Under the pieces are notes generated by a model. It was not told where the DNA came from. It saw nothing but the letters and a program-made list of their open reading frames with translations, and ran no database searches. Shown piece after piece: positions 11,990-25,237 of a stretch of DNA of 64,000 nucleotides (positions are counted from its first letter, which is position 1; each line of letters opens with the position of its first letter). The stretch comes from Octopus sinensis (taxonomy: Eukaryota): positions 1-64,000 of the forward strand of contig NW_021835303.1 in NCBI RefSeq assembly GCF_006345805.1. Reading direction: 5' to 3'. A program made the translations under genes and the position numbers.

Positions 11990-12538
11990 CTTTCTTTTTT
12001 CTGAGAAATTGTGCTATGTGATTTAAAAGAAAAGCTGCTGCTGTTTTTACCAGGTCAATCGACCATAAGAACTCTCTGTTATTGCCTCACAATTTGGTTT
12101 TGTTGTTATTGTTGGTGGCGATAATCTTCATCCACCAACGCCATCTCCCTTCCTCTTCAGCCTCTTTCTGCTTCTTGGTCTTGTTTCTCCAAGCTTATCA
12201 TTATTCCCTTTCTTACTCTGGTCCCACTTCTCTCCTTCATTTTCCTTCTTTTTTTCTTTCTTTTTTTTCTGAGAAATTGTGCTATGTGATTTAAAAGAAA
12301 AGCTGCTGCTGTTTTTACCAGGTCAATCGACCATAAGAACTCTCTGTTATTGCCTCACAATTTGGTTTTGTTGTTATTGTTGGTGGCGATAATCTTCATC
12401 CACCAACGCCATCTCCCTTCCTCTTCAGCCTCTTTCTGCTTCTTGGTCTTGTTTCTCCAAGCTTATCATTATTCCCTTTCTTACTCTGGTCCCACTTCTC
12501 TCCTTCATTTTCCTTCTTTTTTTCTTTCTTTTTTTTTT
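11990..12538. repeat. 268-bp tandem duplication
   Basis: 12001-12268 is repeated at 12269-12536 with no difference seen outside the T-runs. Confidence 0.95.
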
Positions 12539-13029
12539 CGTTTTTTTTTTTGGTTTTCTTCATCCGTCTTCATCCTCCTCTTCGCTATAAATTTCATTTT
12601 CTGAGACAACTTCAAACCAGCTGCCATCTCACGATATCAAATCTTTATAACGAGTTACTCAAATATAACCAAATCTAATTTTAACAACTAAACAAAAGAA
12701 GAAAAAATAAGAAAAAGAAAGAAACCATATAAGTAATCGTTTTAGACTTGGAATCATTTTTTTGTTATTTAATTTACTTTTATTTTACTTTTCTTAAGTT
12801 TTTGAAAAACGTATTTCCTCTCGAAGAATGACGGAGGGAGAGAGAGAGGGGTGAGTAATAAGAGGGGGGAAGAAGGAATTGTAACGAACCAAAAATGTGA
12901 AATAAGAAGGAATTAAGGGATTACATCTCATTCAAGTGAATTACATCAGAGTTGAGAAATGAGAAATTATCCTAACCAAGACAGACAAGACATAGCCAGG
13001 TCTTAGACTTTTGTGCGGAGAGGAAGGCA

Positions 13030-13083
13030 GGGTGGGGGTTCGGTGGGGCGTTGGGATGTTGTGGTGCTGGGGGTTTTGGGCGT
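13030..13083 (+). other. G-quadruplex-forming motif
   Basis: GGG-t-GGGGG-ttcggt-GGGG-cgtt-GGG plus two further G-runs. Confidence 0.6.
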
Positions 13084-13272
13084 GTTGAGGGTGTGGTTGT
13101 CTCCCTGTCTGTGGATTCTCCCAGTTCTTTGAGAAAGGCTGAAGAAATGTTGGGAGCAGAGAAGGCAGAAGGGAGGAAATAAAGTAAAAGAAAAAACGAA
13201 AAGGTAACGGGGAGGAAGATCGGGGTGGGAGGTGCAGAGTGTGAGTAAAAAGAAGTCAAAGAATACTGGGGG

Positions 13273-13335
13273 ACAGACAGACAGATAGACAGACTGATAG
13301 AGAGAGAGAGAGAGAGGTGGATAGAGAGAGAGGGG

Positions 13336-13374
<39 letters not shown>

Positions 13375-13398
13375 TGTGTGTGTGTGTGACAGACAGAC

Positions 13399-13481
<83 letters not shown>

Positions 13482-13498
13482 CATATTGATAGATAGAC

Positions 13499-13566
<68 letters not shown>

Positions 13567-13577
13567 GGATAGATAGA
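13273..13577. repeat. Compound (GACA)(GA)(GT)(GATA)n microsatellite
   Basis: Direct reading. Confidence 0.95.
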
Positions 13578-13785
13578 AAAGAAATACATCTAATTCAAAT
13601 AAGTATTAAAAGTGACTGGTAGTCTTACCATGCTGCAAGTTGGTTCCTTGCTGTCTGTCACTTGAGGGAACCGACCCCTGCGCAAGTAATACTCATACCA
13701 TCTTTATATTCAGCTTTGCTAGTTGAAGAAATACCCGTTCAACATGCCACCACCCATGCCATTCTTGCAGTATTAAGAAAGACGA

Positions 13786-14396
13786 TAAGCTGGCAGAAGC
13801 GTTAGCACGCCGGGCGAAATGCTTAGCGGTATTTCGTCTGCGTTACGTTCTGAGTTCAAATTCCGCCGAGGTCGACTTTGCCTTTCATCCTTTCGGCGTC
13901 GATAAATTAAGTACCAGTTACGCACTGGGGTCGATGTAATCGACTTAATCCGTTTGTCTGTCCTTGTTTGCCCTCTCTGTGTTTATCCCCTTGTGGGTAA
14001 TAAAGAAATAGGTATTTCGTCTGCCGTTACGTTCTGAGTTCAAATTCCGCCGAGGTCGACTTTGCCTTTCATCCTATCGGGGTCGATTAAATAAGTACCA
14101 GTTACACACTGAGGTCGATATAATCGATTTAATCCGTTTGTCTCTCCTTGTTTGTCCCCTCTATGTTTATCCCCTTGTGGGTAGTCAAGAAATAAGAAAC
14201 GTTATCACGCCGGGCGAAATACTTAGCGGAATATTCGTCTGTCATTAGGTTCTGAGTTCAAATTCCGCCGAGGTCGACTTTGCCTTTCATCCTTTTCGAG
14301 TCGATAAAGTAAGTACCAGTTGCATACTGGGGTTGATCTAATCGACTGGCCCCTCCCTCTAAATTTCGGGCCTTGTGCCTAGAGTAGAAAAGAATA
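13786..14396 (+). mobile_element. Tandem trimer of SINE family A
   Basis: Three consecutive B-box (gagttcaaattcc) plus body units. Confidence 0.9.
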
Positions 14397-14671
14397 TTTA
14401 ATTACATAAATGTGTATCACAATCACGTGGAACATTGAAGTTAAGTGGATGCTGCGATCTATTTCCAAGGCTGATTTTTATTATCCGTTTCTTGTTTTAA
14501 TTTGTTTTTATGTTTTCACGATCACTGGTTTGTTGTTGATATTTTCAACCAATATTTTCAACATATCATATGTATTTACGATAAAAATAGAACTTGACCT
14601 ACTTCGATTCTTTTTTATGAAACCTTACTCCCAAATGTTCAAACTTTTTAAGTTCTTGCTTAATTTAATTG

Positions 14672-15588
14672 ATGTCTTAATTTCCATTCTAAATTGGCAT
14701 TACTCCATAATTCTTTGTCCTTCAAAATTTACTAGATTTCAGATTTTCGTGTTGATTAAGCAAGAATTTTGGTCCCCAAGGCTATTCATGGCGATTACAT
14801 GACATTCCGAAGTATAGAATCGCGGATACCCTTGGAATGAAGTGGTTTTAATTTTGATCTCAAATACAATAATAATAATAATCACGGCGAAGTTTTATAC
14901 TATCATCATACTCACGTTCGAATCTGCTAATGTCTTAAGTCCAGTTACATCAATAAATCACGCGTGTTCTGAATACGCATCGTCTGAAGGGAGAAAGTGT
15001 TTCCGATGAAGGAAAACAACAACGATCAGCATATTTATGTTCGAAACTGCCGTAGTGTATTATGAATATATAGATGCGTTATTACTTGGATGTTCACTGA
15101 TGTGCGTACATCTCATGAGTTCTTATCTATTTGGCAGAGATCGGCAAACATCATCAGCAAAGAATTTGTTCGCAGATTCTCATAACCAGGAATCTATGCC
15201 CTGGTTTGATTCATTGATACGAATGAGTAATTTTGAGTACGGTGGAACACAATGAGGTCGAAACACTACAGTGTTTTAAAGTCCTTTTATATCAGTGAAT
15301 TTTATAGTGTTCAAAAAGTCGCTCCGTAGTGATTTTTTTAGAAGAGTCAACTTATATATTTTTGAAGAGTCAACGTTTTTTAGAAGAGTCAATTTTGAGA
15401 TCAAAATTAGAACCACTTCATTCCAAGGATATCCGCGATTCTATACTTCGGAATGTCATGTAATCGCCATGAATAGCCTTGGGGGACCAAAATTCTTGCT
15501 TAATCAACACGAAAATCTGAAATCTAGTAAAATTTTGAAGGACAAAGAATTATGGAGTAATGCCAATTTAGAATGGAAATTAAGACAT
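14672..15588. repeat. Long inverted repeat, ~194-bp arms (14672-14864 / 15394-15588)
   Basis: Arms differ by 2 substitutions and 2 single-base indels by eye. Confidence 0.92.
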
Positions 15589-15741
15589 TGAAAATGAAGG
15601 ACGACACTTTCAACACCTCTTATGACGTTTTCTTAAAGTCTTGTAAAGACTAATACATTCTTTTGTAGTCTTATACCATCTTATAAATATTTATTTTGCA
15701 ATAAAACACTTACTGCGGAGAGAGTTTTTGAACACCCTGTA
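15303..15741. mobile_element. Old Tc1/mariner-type MITE
   Basis: Degenerate TIRs tata-gtgttcaaaaagtcgctccgtag / reverse complement tacagggtgttcaaaaactctctccgcag. Confidence 0.5.
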
Positions 15742-16247
15742 TTTGTTATGAATGCATATTGTCTGACGGAGATGTTCGTCAATGAGGAAAACCAACAGCG
15801 ATTAAGCATATTCACGTTCAAATCTTCAAATATGTCAGAACGCATTACGAATGAATACGTGGGTTATTGTATTTAAACTTAATATTCAACTGCTATGCTG
15901 TTATAGAATGTAGATATTGTACAAGGGTGGAAGAATAAAAAATTCAAATTGTCGTTTCTAATCTGTAGAAAGGTGCATCAGAGAATAGCTGGTGTTTACA
16001 GACTTTTGGTTATTAGCATTCGCAATTTGGAAATTTCGTTGTGGCGTCTGGGATTATATACCTATCTTTGATGTTCTTTCACCGCAGAAGCAATTAAAGT
16101 TTGTTTTTGGGTGGATATAAACTTTATTTCTAGGGTGACTCGGAGTTATTAAGAGATCAGGTTCTAGAGACGCGGAAGGGTGTTGCATCGCTGCGTAAGC
16201 AAAACGGATGGAAGAAATTTCACGATAATTACACGCATATACACACA

Positions 16248-16377
16248 TGTATGTATGTATGTATGTATGTATGTATGTATGTATGTATGTATGTATGTAT
16301 GTATGCATGCACGTGTGTGTGCATGTATGTATGTATGTATGTATGCATGCATGCACGTGTGTGTGTATGCATGTATG

Positions 16378-16411
<34 letters not shown>

Positions 16412-16925
16412 TGTATGCATGCACGTGTGTGTGTATGCATGTATGTATATATGTATGCATGTATGTATGTATGTATGTATGTATGTATGTATGCATGTAT
16501 GCATGCATACATGTATGTATGTACGTATGTATTTATGTATGTATGTATGCATGTATGTATGTATGTATGTATGCATGTATGTATGTATGTATGTATGTAT
16601 GTATGTGCATACGTACATAGGTCATGCGTATGTTTGTGTTTATATATGTGTATGCATGTATGTATTCAAGTCATTATTCAGTTTATTTCAAGAATTTTTT
16701 GCCAATAGAGAAAGAACCGGTTTCTAACCCAGATCCAAGGCTCCTTCATTGGAATTTCAACAACAACAGGGTATTTTTATTTGTATGTATGATTGTATGT
16801 ATGTATGTATGTATGTATGTATGTATGTATGTATGTATGTATGTATGTACGTACGTATGTATGTATGTATGTATGTATGTACGTACGTACGTACATAAGT
16901 ATGTATATATGTATGTATGCATGCT
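16248..16925. repeat. (TATG)n microsatellite blocks
   Basis: Direct reading. Confidence 0.95.
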
Positions 16926-16976
16926 AAACAAAATTATGGAAATGCCATGTTAAATAGAAGTTATATTATTTAATAT

Positions 16977-17185
16977 GTGAAGGCGGCGATCTGGCGGAAT
17001 CATTTGCCGGACTAAATATTTATAGGCGTTTCGTTCAACTTTACGCTCCAAGTTCAAAAATTTCGCCGTGTTTGACCTTACCTTTCATACTTTCCAGGTC
17101 GATAAAATAAGTACCAGTTAAGGACTGACGTTGATGTAACCGACTTACATCCCTCCTCCAATAGTGTGCCTGTAGCAGAAAGGAT
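16977..17185 (+). mobile_element. SINE family A, diverged
   Basis: Head tctggcggaatc, aagttcaaa, body ggtcgataaaataagtaccag. Confidence 0.7.
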
Positions 17186-17188
17186 TTC

Positions 17189-18175
17189 CTAATACGGAGT
17201 TAGTCCAAATTTGACATTAATCACAGCTTTAGTACGTCGAGGAATTAACTTGTACAGATTCTGAACGGTTGTTATCAGAAATTGGATCCAGTCTACAAGT
17301 AAAATCTACTTTAGTTCATTCAGTAGCGATGGCAGAGGGATGCAGCTCCCCACTTGTTGCTCCAAAATGCACCATAAATGGTTGATTGTATTGAAATCTG
17401 GTGATTATGGGTGCCAATCCAAATGGTCCACTTCACTTTTGTTCACTTTGTAACAAATTTAAAGAGCACTAGCCGTGTAAATCGAGGCATTATTACTCTA
17501 GAAACTTGCTCTGCTGTCACAGAACAACGTTTGGACCAGATAATGGACATGATCAGCCGAAATACTCTTTAGATACTCTTTAGTGTTAACTCTGTCAATG
17601 TAGAACAGCTAAAGGTCCAAAGGAACTCCGTGATATGGCTGTCCAGTTATCACAGAGCCATATCTGTGCTTCAATACAGCGGCCACACTGTGGGGGCCAA
17701 AAGCTCCTTTGGGATGTCGCTAGACATAATTCGAATTGGGAATTATGATTCTTCAGAGATGAAATTTGTCCCATTCAGCCATAGATCACATCTGGTAGTC
17801 TAGAGTCCAATTCTGGTTATTAATGTTAACGTTGAACAGAAATTTAGCGATTGTAACCTTTTAATGGTGTCTACCTTTAAGGAACCTACAACAAACGGCT
17901 TCGGTTGATACAGGATTGGCGAAGTGATGGCTTAGCTCTGCATTCACTTTTGCTGCCGTTATTCAATGGTTTTTAGACACAATACGTTTCATTTGTCTGC
18001 GGGCTCTGTGAACCTTGCTTTCCACCAGGAATTATGCTTCATAGAGCTGGGGGGGGGTTGTTTCTTAGTTCTGGAATGTCAACAAGATTTTAGAAACTGT
18101 ATCTCACGAAACATTTAACAATTTAGCAGTTTTAGCGACTGAAGCTCCAAGCAATTGGACCTGTTTGGAAGACAG
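17189..18175 (-). pseudogene. Decayed near-full-length Tc1 transposase
   Basis: LLGASVAKTAKLLNVS; RITAAKVNAEL; ADHVH; HLDWHP*SPDFNTINHLWCILEQQV; IPRRTKAVINVKFGLTPY*. Confidence 0.8.
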
Positions 18176-18212
18176 ACGAGTTTGAAATTTCACACTTATT
18201 TAAATAGATATT

Positions 18213-18580
18213 TATTTTCTACTCTAGGCACAAGGACAGAAATTTGGGTAAGATAGAACCCAATACACAACTGGTACTTAATTTATCGACTCCGAAAGGA
18301 TGAAAGGCAAAGTCGACCTCGGCAGAATTTGAACTTACAACGTAAAGACAGACGAAATACTGCTAAGTATTTCCCCCGGCGTGCTAACGTTTCTGATACC
18401 CCGCCGCCTCATGAACGGGGAATATTCTTTTCTACTCTAGGCACAAGGCCCAAAATTTTTGGGGGTGGGGTGGGGTAGTTGATTAGATCGACCCCATTAC
18501 ACAACTGGTACTTAATTTATCGATCCCAAAAGGATGAAAGGCAAAGCTGACCTCGGTGGAATTTGAACTCAGAACATAAA
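18213..18580 (-). mobile_element. Two SINE family A copies
   Basis: Two aaggatgaaaggcaaag...gaatttgaact units. Confidence 0.8.
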
Positions 18581-19185
18581 TAGATATATATCTGTAAAGC
18601 AAAAACGAAGGGTTATATGTTGAACAACAAAGCATACATAATGCATATGAGAATATATGTAGAATGTAGAACACTTACGAATTTGTCATATTGCCATTAT
18701 AATAGTTAAGAAAGGTGCGGCATTTCCATGATTTTCCCCAAACCCAATGTGTGCACGTGTGCGCGCGCCTGTCTGTCTGTCTGTCTATATGTATGTATGC
18801 ACGTATGTATGTGTAAATGTATGTATGTATATATATGTAGGCCGAATGGTTAAAAAGTTCGTTTTATAGTCACGAGGTTTCACGTTTGACTTCACTGTGA
18901 CGCATCTTAGCCAAGTGTCATTTTCAATAGCTACGGATTGAGCCACTCCTGATCACCAAAACTGAGCGGCACCAAATACGATGCAGAGAATTCAAAGACA
19001 ATCCAGCTATCAATTCTAACAAGTGCAGTGAACCATTAGAATCCTAGGCGTTTACTCAATACCCAGAATTTTCTTTGAATCTGTAGACACATTCAAGTAG
19101 ACAGATTCTATCTTTTCTTTCCTTCTTTTATTTCTATAATTCTCTGCAAAAAAACCTTGATTTTCGTATCTTTTTCAAAAGACAT

Positions 19186-19259
<74 letters not shown>

Positions 19260-19561
19260 ATAAGAGAAGTCGACACTGACATATTTCAGCTGTTCACCAG
19301 GCACAACTTTATTTGCATCAGGAGAAGATAGAGTTGTTCAAATGTTTTCTTAGATGGGCTGTTTCTGTGTTCTTGTTTGTTTGTTGGGTTTTAATTTTGC
19401 TTTATTTTTGCTTTTATAAAATTTTTTTTTAGTCGCACATTTGAGATCGTATTTCTACTGTAGGCAAATGTACATGAATTTCGTATGTGTGTGTGTATAT
19501 ATATCTATATGTATATATATATATACATATGTGTGTGTGTACATATACATACATATATATT

Positions 19562-19640
<79 letters not shown>

Positions 19641-19653
19641 TTATATGCCCATA

Positions 19654-19925
19654 GTGAAGATTCATGGCTCAGTGGTTAGAACGTCGGGCTCATAATCTTA
19701 ACGTAGTGAGTTTCATTACCAGGCAGGGCTGTGTGTTCTAGTCTTGAGAAAAAAAACTCAGCTGTAAAAAATGAGTTGCAACGTCACTAGTACCAAGCTG
19801 TATCGGCCCCTTTGCCTTTCCCTTGGATAACATCAGTGGCATGAAGAGGGGAGGTTGGTAGGCATCGGCGATTACTGGTTTTCCACAAACAACCTTGCTC
19901 GGACCTGTGCCGAAAAAGATCTTTA
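19654..19925 (+). mobile_element. SINE family B variant with a different tail
   Basis: Head tggctcagtggttag, CORE-like cagctgtaaaaaatgag, tail ...ccacaaacaaccttgctcggacctgtgcc. Confidence 0.6.
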
Positions 19926-19991
19926 CCAATAAACACACACACACACACACACACACACATCTATCTATGTATACTAATAAATATATATGTA

Positions 19992-20370
19992 GAGGTGCAA
20001 TGGCCCAGTGGTTAGGGCAGCGGACTCGCGGTCATAGGATCGCAGTTTCGATTCCCAGACCAGGCGTTGTGAGAGTTTACTGAGAGAAAATGCATAAAGC
20101 TCCACGAGGCTCCGGTATGGGGGGGGCGAACCCTGCTGTACTCTTTAACCACAACTTTCTCTCACTCTTTCTTCTTGTTTCTGTTGTACCTGTATTTCAA
20201 AGGGCCGGCTTTGTCACTCTCTGTGACACGCTGAATATCCCCGAGAACTACACGTTAAGAGTACACATGACTGTGGAGCACTCAGCCACTTGCACGTTAT
20301 TTTCACGAGCAGGCTGTTCCGTTGATCGGATCAAGTGGAACCCTCGTCGTCGTAACGGACGGAATGCCGT
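19992..20370 (+). mobile_element. SINE B2 head/body plus family B (OR2-like) tail
   Basis: A-box tggcccagtgg, B-box gtttcgattc, tail ...ggaaccctcgtcgtcgtaacggacgg. Confidence 0.85.
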
Positions 20371-20843
20371 AGTATATATATATATATATATTGATGATGA
20401 TGATGATGATGATGACAGGTATTCGTGCGCGAAGATCATGAGGAAGAGTGACAAGCCCTTAAGTGGCTATGTAAAGCGAGCCTTGAACGATAGGCTTTAG
20501 CACATTTGGAGCAAATATGAAGGCTTTGGTCAGATGCAGTTCATGACAATGACATTTTCCATCTTTCACGTTTTTCATCCGCCAATCTGGCTTTCTGAAA
20601 ATCATTTGGAAGGCATCTGGAGGCAACCTCGGCACATTTTCCTCTGTGTTACGACTCTCTCCCATCCTGTGACTAATAATGTTAAGGGGAGGGGGTTAAA
20701 ACAATAACATTAACCAATGCGTGCTTGGTTCTTGATTCAGTCGATTTCGAAAGAAGGAAAAATAAGAGATGACTCCGGGTGGATTTGAACTCATGATCTA
20801 AAAGGCCTGGTTATATATGCATTTATATATATATAAATATATT

Positions 20844-20897
<54 letters not shown>

Positions 20898-21460
20898 AAC
20901 ATACATACATTTATATATATACAAACATACATACATTTATATATATACAAACATACATACATACATATATACATGTGCATACACGTATACAGGTATGTGT
21001 ATGTGTTTGTGTGTGTGTGTGTGTATGAATATTTATATATGCATATGTTTATAAATATATGCATACATGTGTAGGTAGATATATATGTGCATGTATATAT
21101 TTATAAATGCATATACTCGCACACACATTGACATAGATTATATACATACATATACGCGCACGCGGACATGTATGTGTGTGGCCGTGTATGTGTGCGTGTG
21201 TTTTTTCGAGTGTGTGTGTGTGTATTTATGTATGTGTGAAGATGTTTGAGAGAGTTGTCGAAGTTTGGTGTGTGTCTTATGCCGGATGCAGACGATGCTT
21301 AAAATTGGTATTTGGTGCCGGAGCTGCGGTGGAGAGGGGTGGCGGCTATAGAAGACGGGAGCATTGAATAGTTGGATTAAATGGTTTACCATAAGGTGCA
21401 GACTACTTCACATTTTAACATAAATACATTTATCATGGTTGCTCTCATCCTGCTTCTGTC

Positions 21461-21497
<37 letters not shown>

Positions 21498-21630
21498 CAC
21501 ACACACACTCACACACACACACACACACACAACGTTATGTGCTGCATAAACACGTCAAGTAATTACATTAGAACTCACTATATTATACTTCATATTACTC
21601 TCCAAATCTACATCTGTAAATGTATAGTAA

Positions 21631-21664
<34 letters not shown>

Positions 21665-22174
21665 ACATAGACGGTCGCATCAATTGCAGTATAAACTTTG
21701 AGATAAACACAGAGCAAATTGCAAAATTACATCACAAAAAAAGAACAGGAAAACAATTTTATTGATATGTCAATAGACCCATTTCCTACGTCCGTTTCTA
21801 TAAAAAATAATTGTAAGAAGAAAAATTCCTGCAACGCTTTTGTGCAATCTTTTGTGCAGCTCTTTTTTGCAACCTTTGCACGATCTTGTCATAGAAAGGG
21901 AAAAATCATTAGATAAAATGTTAACCACTAATTGTACGCTAATTAGTAGCTCTGGCGAACTGGAATTACTAGAGTTGGTGTTTCTATAAACAGAAGGGCC
22001 ACTTGTTTCTGTTGGATTCGTCAAGTGATAAAATCGCTTTGGATGCGACCTCAATAAAAGTCGAAAATTCAATATGGTTGTTTATCAGTTTTCTAATCTG
22101 CAAACGAAATAAGTGAAACTGCCATTTGTTTGTCTCTTCGATAAGTTTACACATACATACACACACACACACAC

Positions 22175-22268
<94 letters not shown>

Positions 22269-22489
22269 CTTTATCTTCTTTATCCCCGTCTGTCTTGATA
22301 GACAATGGGTTGCGCCAAGGGTGGGGCCTACTTTGATGATAAGCAGCGTCTGCTGTGACTGAACAGTCCAATTCTAGAGTGGCAGTCCTTGGTACAGTTG
22401 CTGCACACGAACATCGATGGGTACGTGTGGGGTGTTGCTGCAGTTATATATATATAAACTCACACACACACAGATACATACATACAAAC

Positions 22490-22551
22490 GTGGATAGAAA
22501 GACAGATAGACGGACAGAAATAGGCAGATAGACAGACAGAGGGGCAGACAG

Positions 22552-22585
<34 letters not shown>

Positions 22586-22593
22586 AGACAGAC

Positions 22594-22668
<75 letters not shown>

Positions 22669-22689
22669 AAGAAACATAGATAGATAGAC

Positions 22690-22762
<73 letters not shown>

Positions 22763-22803
22763 CAGACAGACAGACAGATAGATAGATAGATTGACAGATA
22801 GTC

Positions 22804-22836
<33 letters not shown>

Positions 22837-22850
22837 GTCGAGTAGACATG
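22490..22850. repeat. (GATA)/(GACA)n microsatellite
   Basis: Direct reading. Confidence 0.95.
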
Positions 22851-23271
22851 TCAGCAGAATCCCAATTTACTTAATCCCCCTTCATTAGTGTTAAAAATAC
22901 ATCGAGATTTTCCTGTTGAAGTTACACAATCTCTCGTTTCTGATTGGTAAACCAGGTTAAATACATCTCATTAAGTGAACTAAATGTGGCCTGCTCGGTG
23001 CTAATTGGAGATAGCAGTAATTGCAGCAGCAGCAGTAACAACAGCAGCAATAGCACCAGCGACACCAGCAGCAGTAGTTCTTGCTGTTGATGAAGTTTCT
23101 ATAGTTGTTGGTGTTGTTGTTTAGGGTGTGTGAGTATTGTAACGGCAATGTCACAGAACTTTGATTTGTTGGTCCCAGCCAGAACACACCCACTTTCTGA
23201 TGCTGATGCTGTTGTTGTTGTCTTGCCACAGGTCATCCCTGATCAAAGGGCCACCCTGGGATAGTTTACCC

Positions 23272-23719
23272 TTTTGCTTCTTTCAATCATTTTCACTGCG
23301 GCCATGCTGGAGCACCACCTTTTATTCGAACAAATCGACTTCGAGACTTATTCTTTGTAAGCTTAATACATATTCTATCGGTCTCTTTTGCCGAACCGCT
23401 AAGTTACGGGGACGTAAACACACCAGCATCGGTTCTCAGGCGATGATGATGGGGAACAAACACAGACACACAAACATATATATATATGGGCAAGAGTCTT
23501 CTACTATAGCCTCGGGCCAACGAAAGCCTGTGAGTGGATTTGGTAGATGGAAACTGAAAGACGCCCATCGTATATATGTATATATATATATATATATACA
23601 TATATACGATGGGCGTCTTTCAGTTTCCATCTACCAAATCCACTCATATATATATATATATATATATAATACATATATACGATGGGCGTCTTTCATTCAG
23701 TTTCCATCTACCAAATCCA

Positions 23720-23761
<42 letters not shown>

Positions 23762-23914
23762 TACGATGGGCGTCTTTCAGTTTCCATCTACCAAATACAC
23801 TCACAGGCTTTCGTTGGCCCGAGGCTATTGTAGAAGACTCTTGCCCAAGGTACTACGTAGTGGAACTGAACCCGGAACCATGCGATTGCTAAGCAAACTT
23901 CTTACCACACAGCC
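23272..23914 (-). mobile_element. SINE family C with internal fold-back and tandem duplications
   Basis: Family C ends flank repeated tatacgatgggcgtctttcagtttccatctaccaaatccactca units. Confidence 0.85.
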
Positions 23915-24577
23915 AGGCTTGTTTAGCATTTTGGGGGCGGGGGTTGCTTCTTTCCTATTTGTTTTGTATTTTTTCTTTTGAAACTGAATATCTAGGACTT
24001 TATTTATCCATAAGACACGCCATATTAAAGAAAGTAGAGGGATTTGAGGAAGATTTGACTACTTTGTTTAGCACGTCGAACGACCACTTATAGACTTCCC
24101 TGTTGTTATCGTTGTTCTTGACGTTGCTTTAGTTGTCGCTGTTGTTATTGTTCAACATCAGCTCATCCTTGCTTGAGAAAGATTTGTGATCAAAGCCATT
24201 CCAATCATGACCATCCTGCCTCGTACTTCGTAGAAGTCTCGCCTAACCGGAAGTCTACTTCAATGTCTTGCCGCAATCCAATGACCGAAATGCTTTATTT
24301 ATTCTAATAATTTCAACGATTACCTGTCAGGTACCATACGATTTCTCAATCTAAACACTCCTTGTTTCGTCCTTTGTCTGGGGAACCCAAATATGAAACT
24401 CCGAGTCACATGTATAAGGCTACGTTAGTTCTATATCTTTACGCGTACTTCATCGAACACCTGTCTTATGGACTCTGGTTTCATTTTTACTCCTGTAACT
24501 TCTTTCACATTAGCAATGTAACCACACACGCGTGCTGTTGGCGATTTCTTTTCCTTCCTTGGACTCTTGCTTTTCTC

Positions 24578-24612
24578 ATCTCCGACGAAGAGCTATGCTC
24601 GAAACGCCAACT
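24578..24612 (+). ncRNA. Degenerate Penelope-type hammerhead motif
   Basis: CCGACGA-A-GAGC(tat)GCTC-GAAA-CG; U4 and U16.1 positions are C. Confidence 0.5.
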
Positions 24613-24719
24613 CTCTCTTTTCACCGAGCGTCAAGCTAATGCATTCTTTGTGCAAGTACTCCTGTTGTCCGTTAATTTTACTATTCGTTTTTTTTTTTAT
24701 TGATTGCTTATTAGAATTG

Positions 24720-25014
24720 GGAGGCGCAATGGCCCAGTAGTTAGGGCAGCGGACTCGCGGTTTCGTTTCCCAAACCAGGCGTTGTGTGTGTTTATTGATC
24801 GAAAACACCTAAAAGCTCCACGATGCCCCGGCAGGAGGTGGTGGCGACCCATGTTGTACTCTTTCGCTACAACTTTCTCTCACTCTTTCTTCCTGATTCT
24901 TGAGTAACGCTGCGATGGACTGGCGTCCCGTCCAGCTGGGGAGAACACTTACGCCATAGAAACCGGGAAACCGGGCCAATGAGGCTGGCTAGGCTTGAAA
25001 AGGGCGACGTTTAT
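24720..25014 (+). mobile_element. SINE B2 head/body plus V/Mermaid-like tail
   Basis: Same head as 19992; tail gctgcgatggactggcgtcccgtccag. Confidence 0.8.
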
Positions 25015-25035
25015 CGTTATTAGAATTGACTATTT

Positions 25036-25094
<59 letters not shown>

Positions 25095-25124
25095 CCTATC
25101 TATCCATCTGTCTGTCTATATATA

Positions 25125-25186
<62 letters not shown>

Positions 25187-25237
25187 ACACTCCCCTAATG
25201 AATTAACGAATATATATTTGTTTAATCTTGTCAACAG

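Noticed and set aside
12082-12604. Hydrophobic ORFs MPHNLVLLLLLVAII...
   Set aside because: They start at TTG inside a T-rich tandem duplication; no usable splice donor or homology.
13786-14396. CRISPR-like repeat-spacer array (also 25815-26762, 50612-51110)
   Set aside because: Eukaryotic context; the units are 110-220-bp SINE or tandem monomers without unique spacers, and there are no cas genes.
16054-16953. MYVC/HTYI-repeat ORFs (also 30194-30960, 42708-43133, 49270-50010, 61678-62117)
   Set aside because: Translations of (TATG)n, (TA)n and (CA)n microsatellites.
21431-21465. MVALILLLSI as the signal-peptide exon of the ADAMTS-like gene
   Set aside because: Runs straight into (CA)n with no suitable donor; too short to support.
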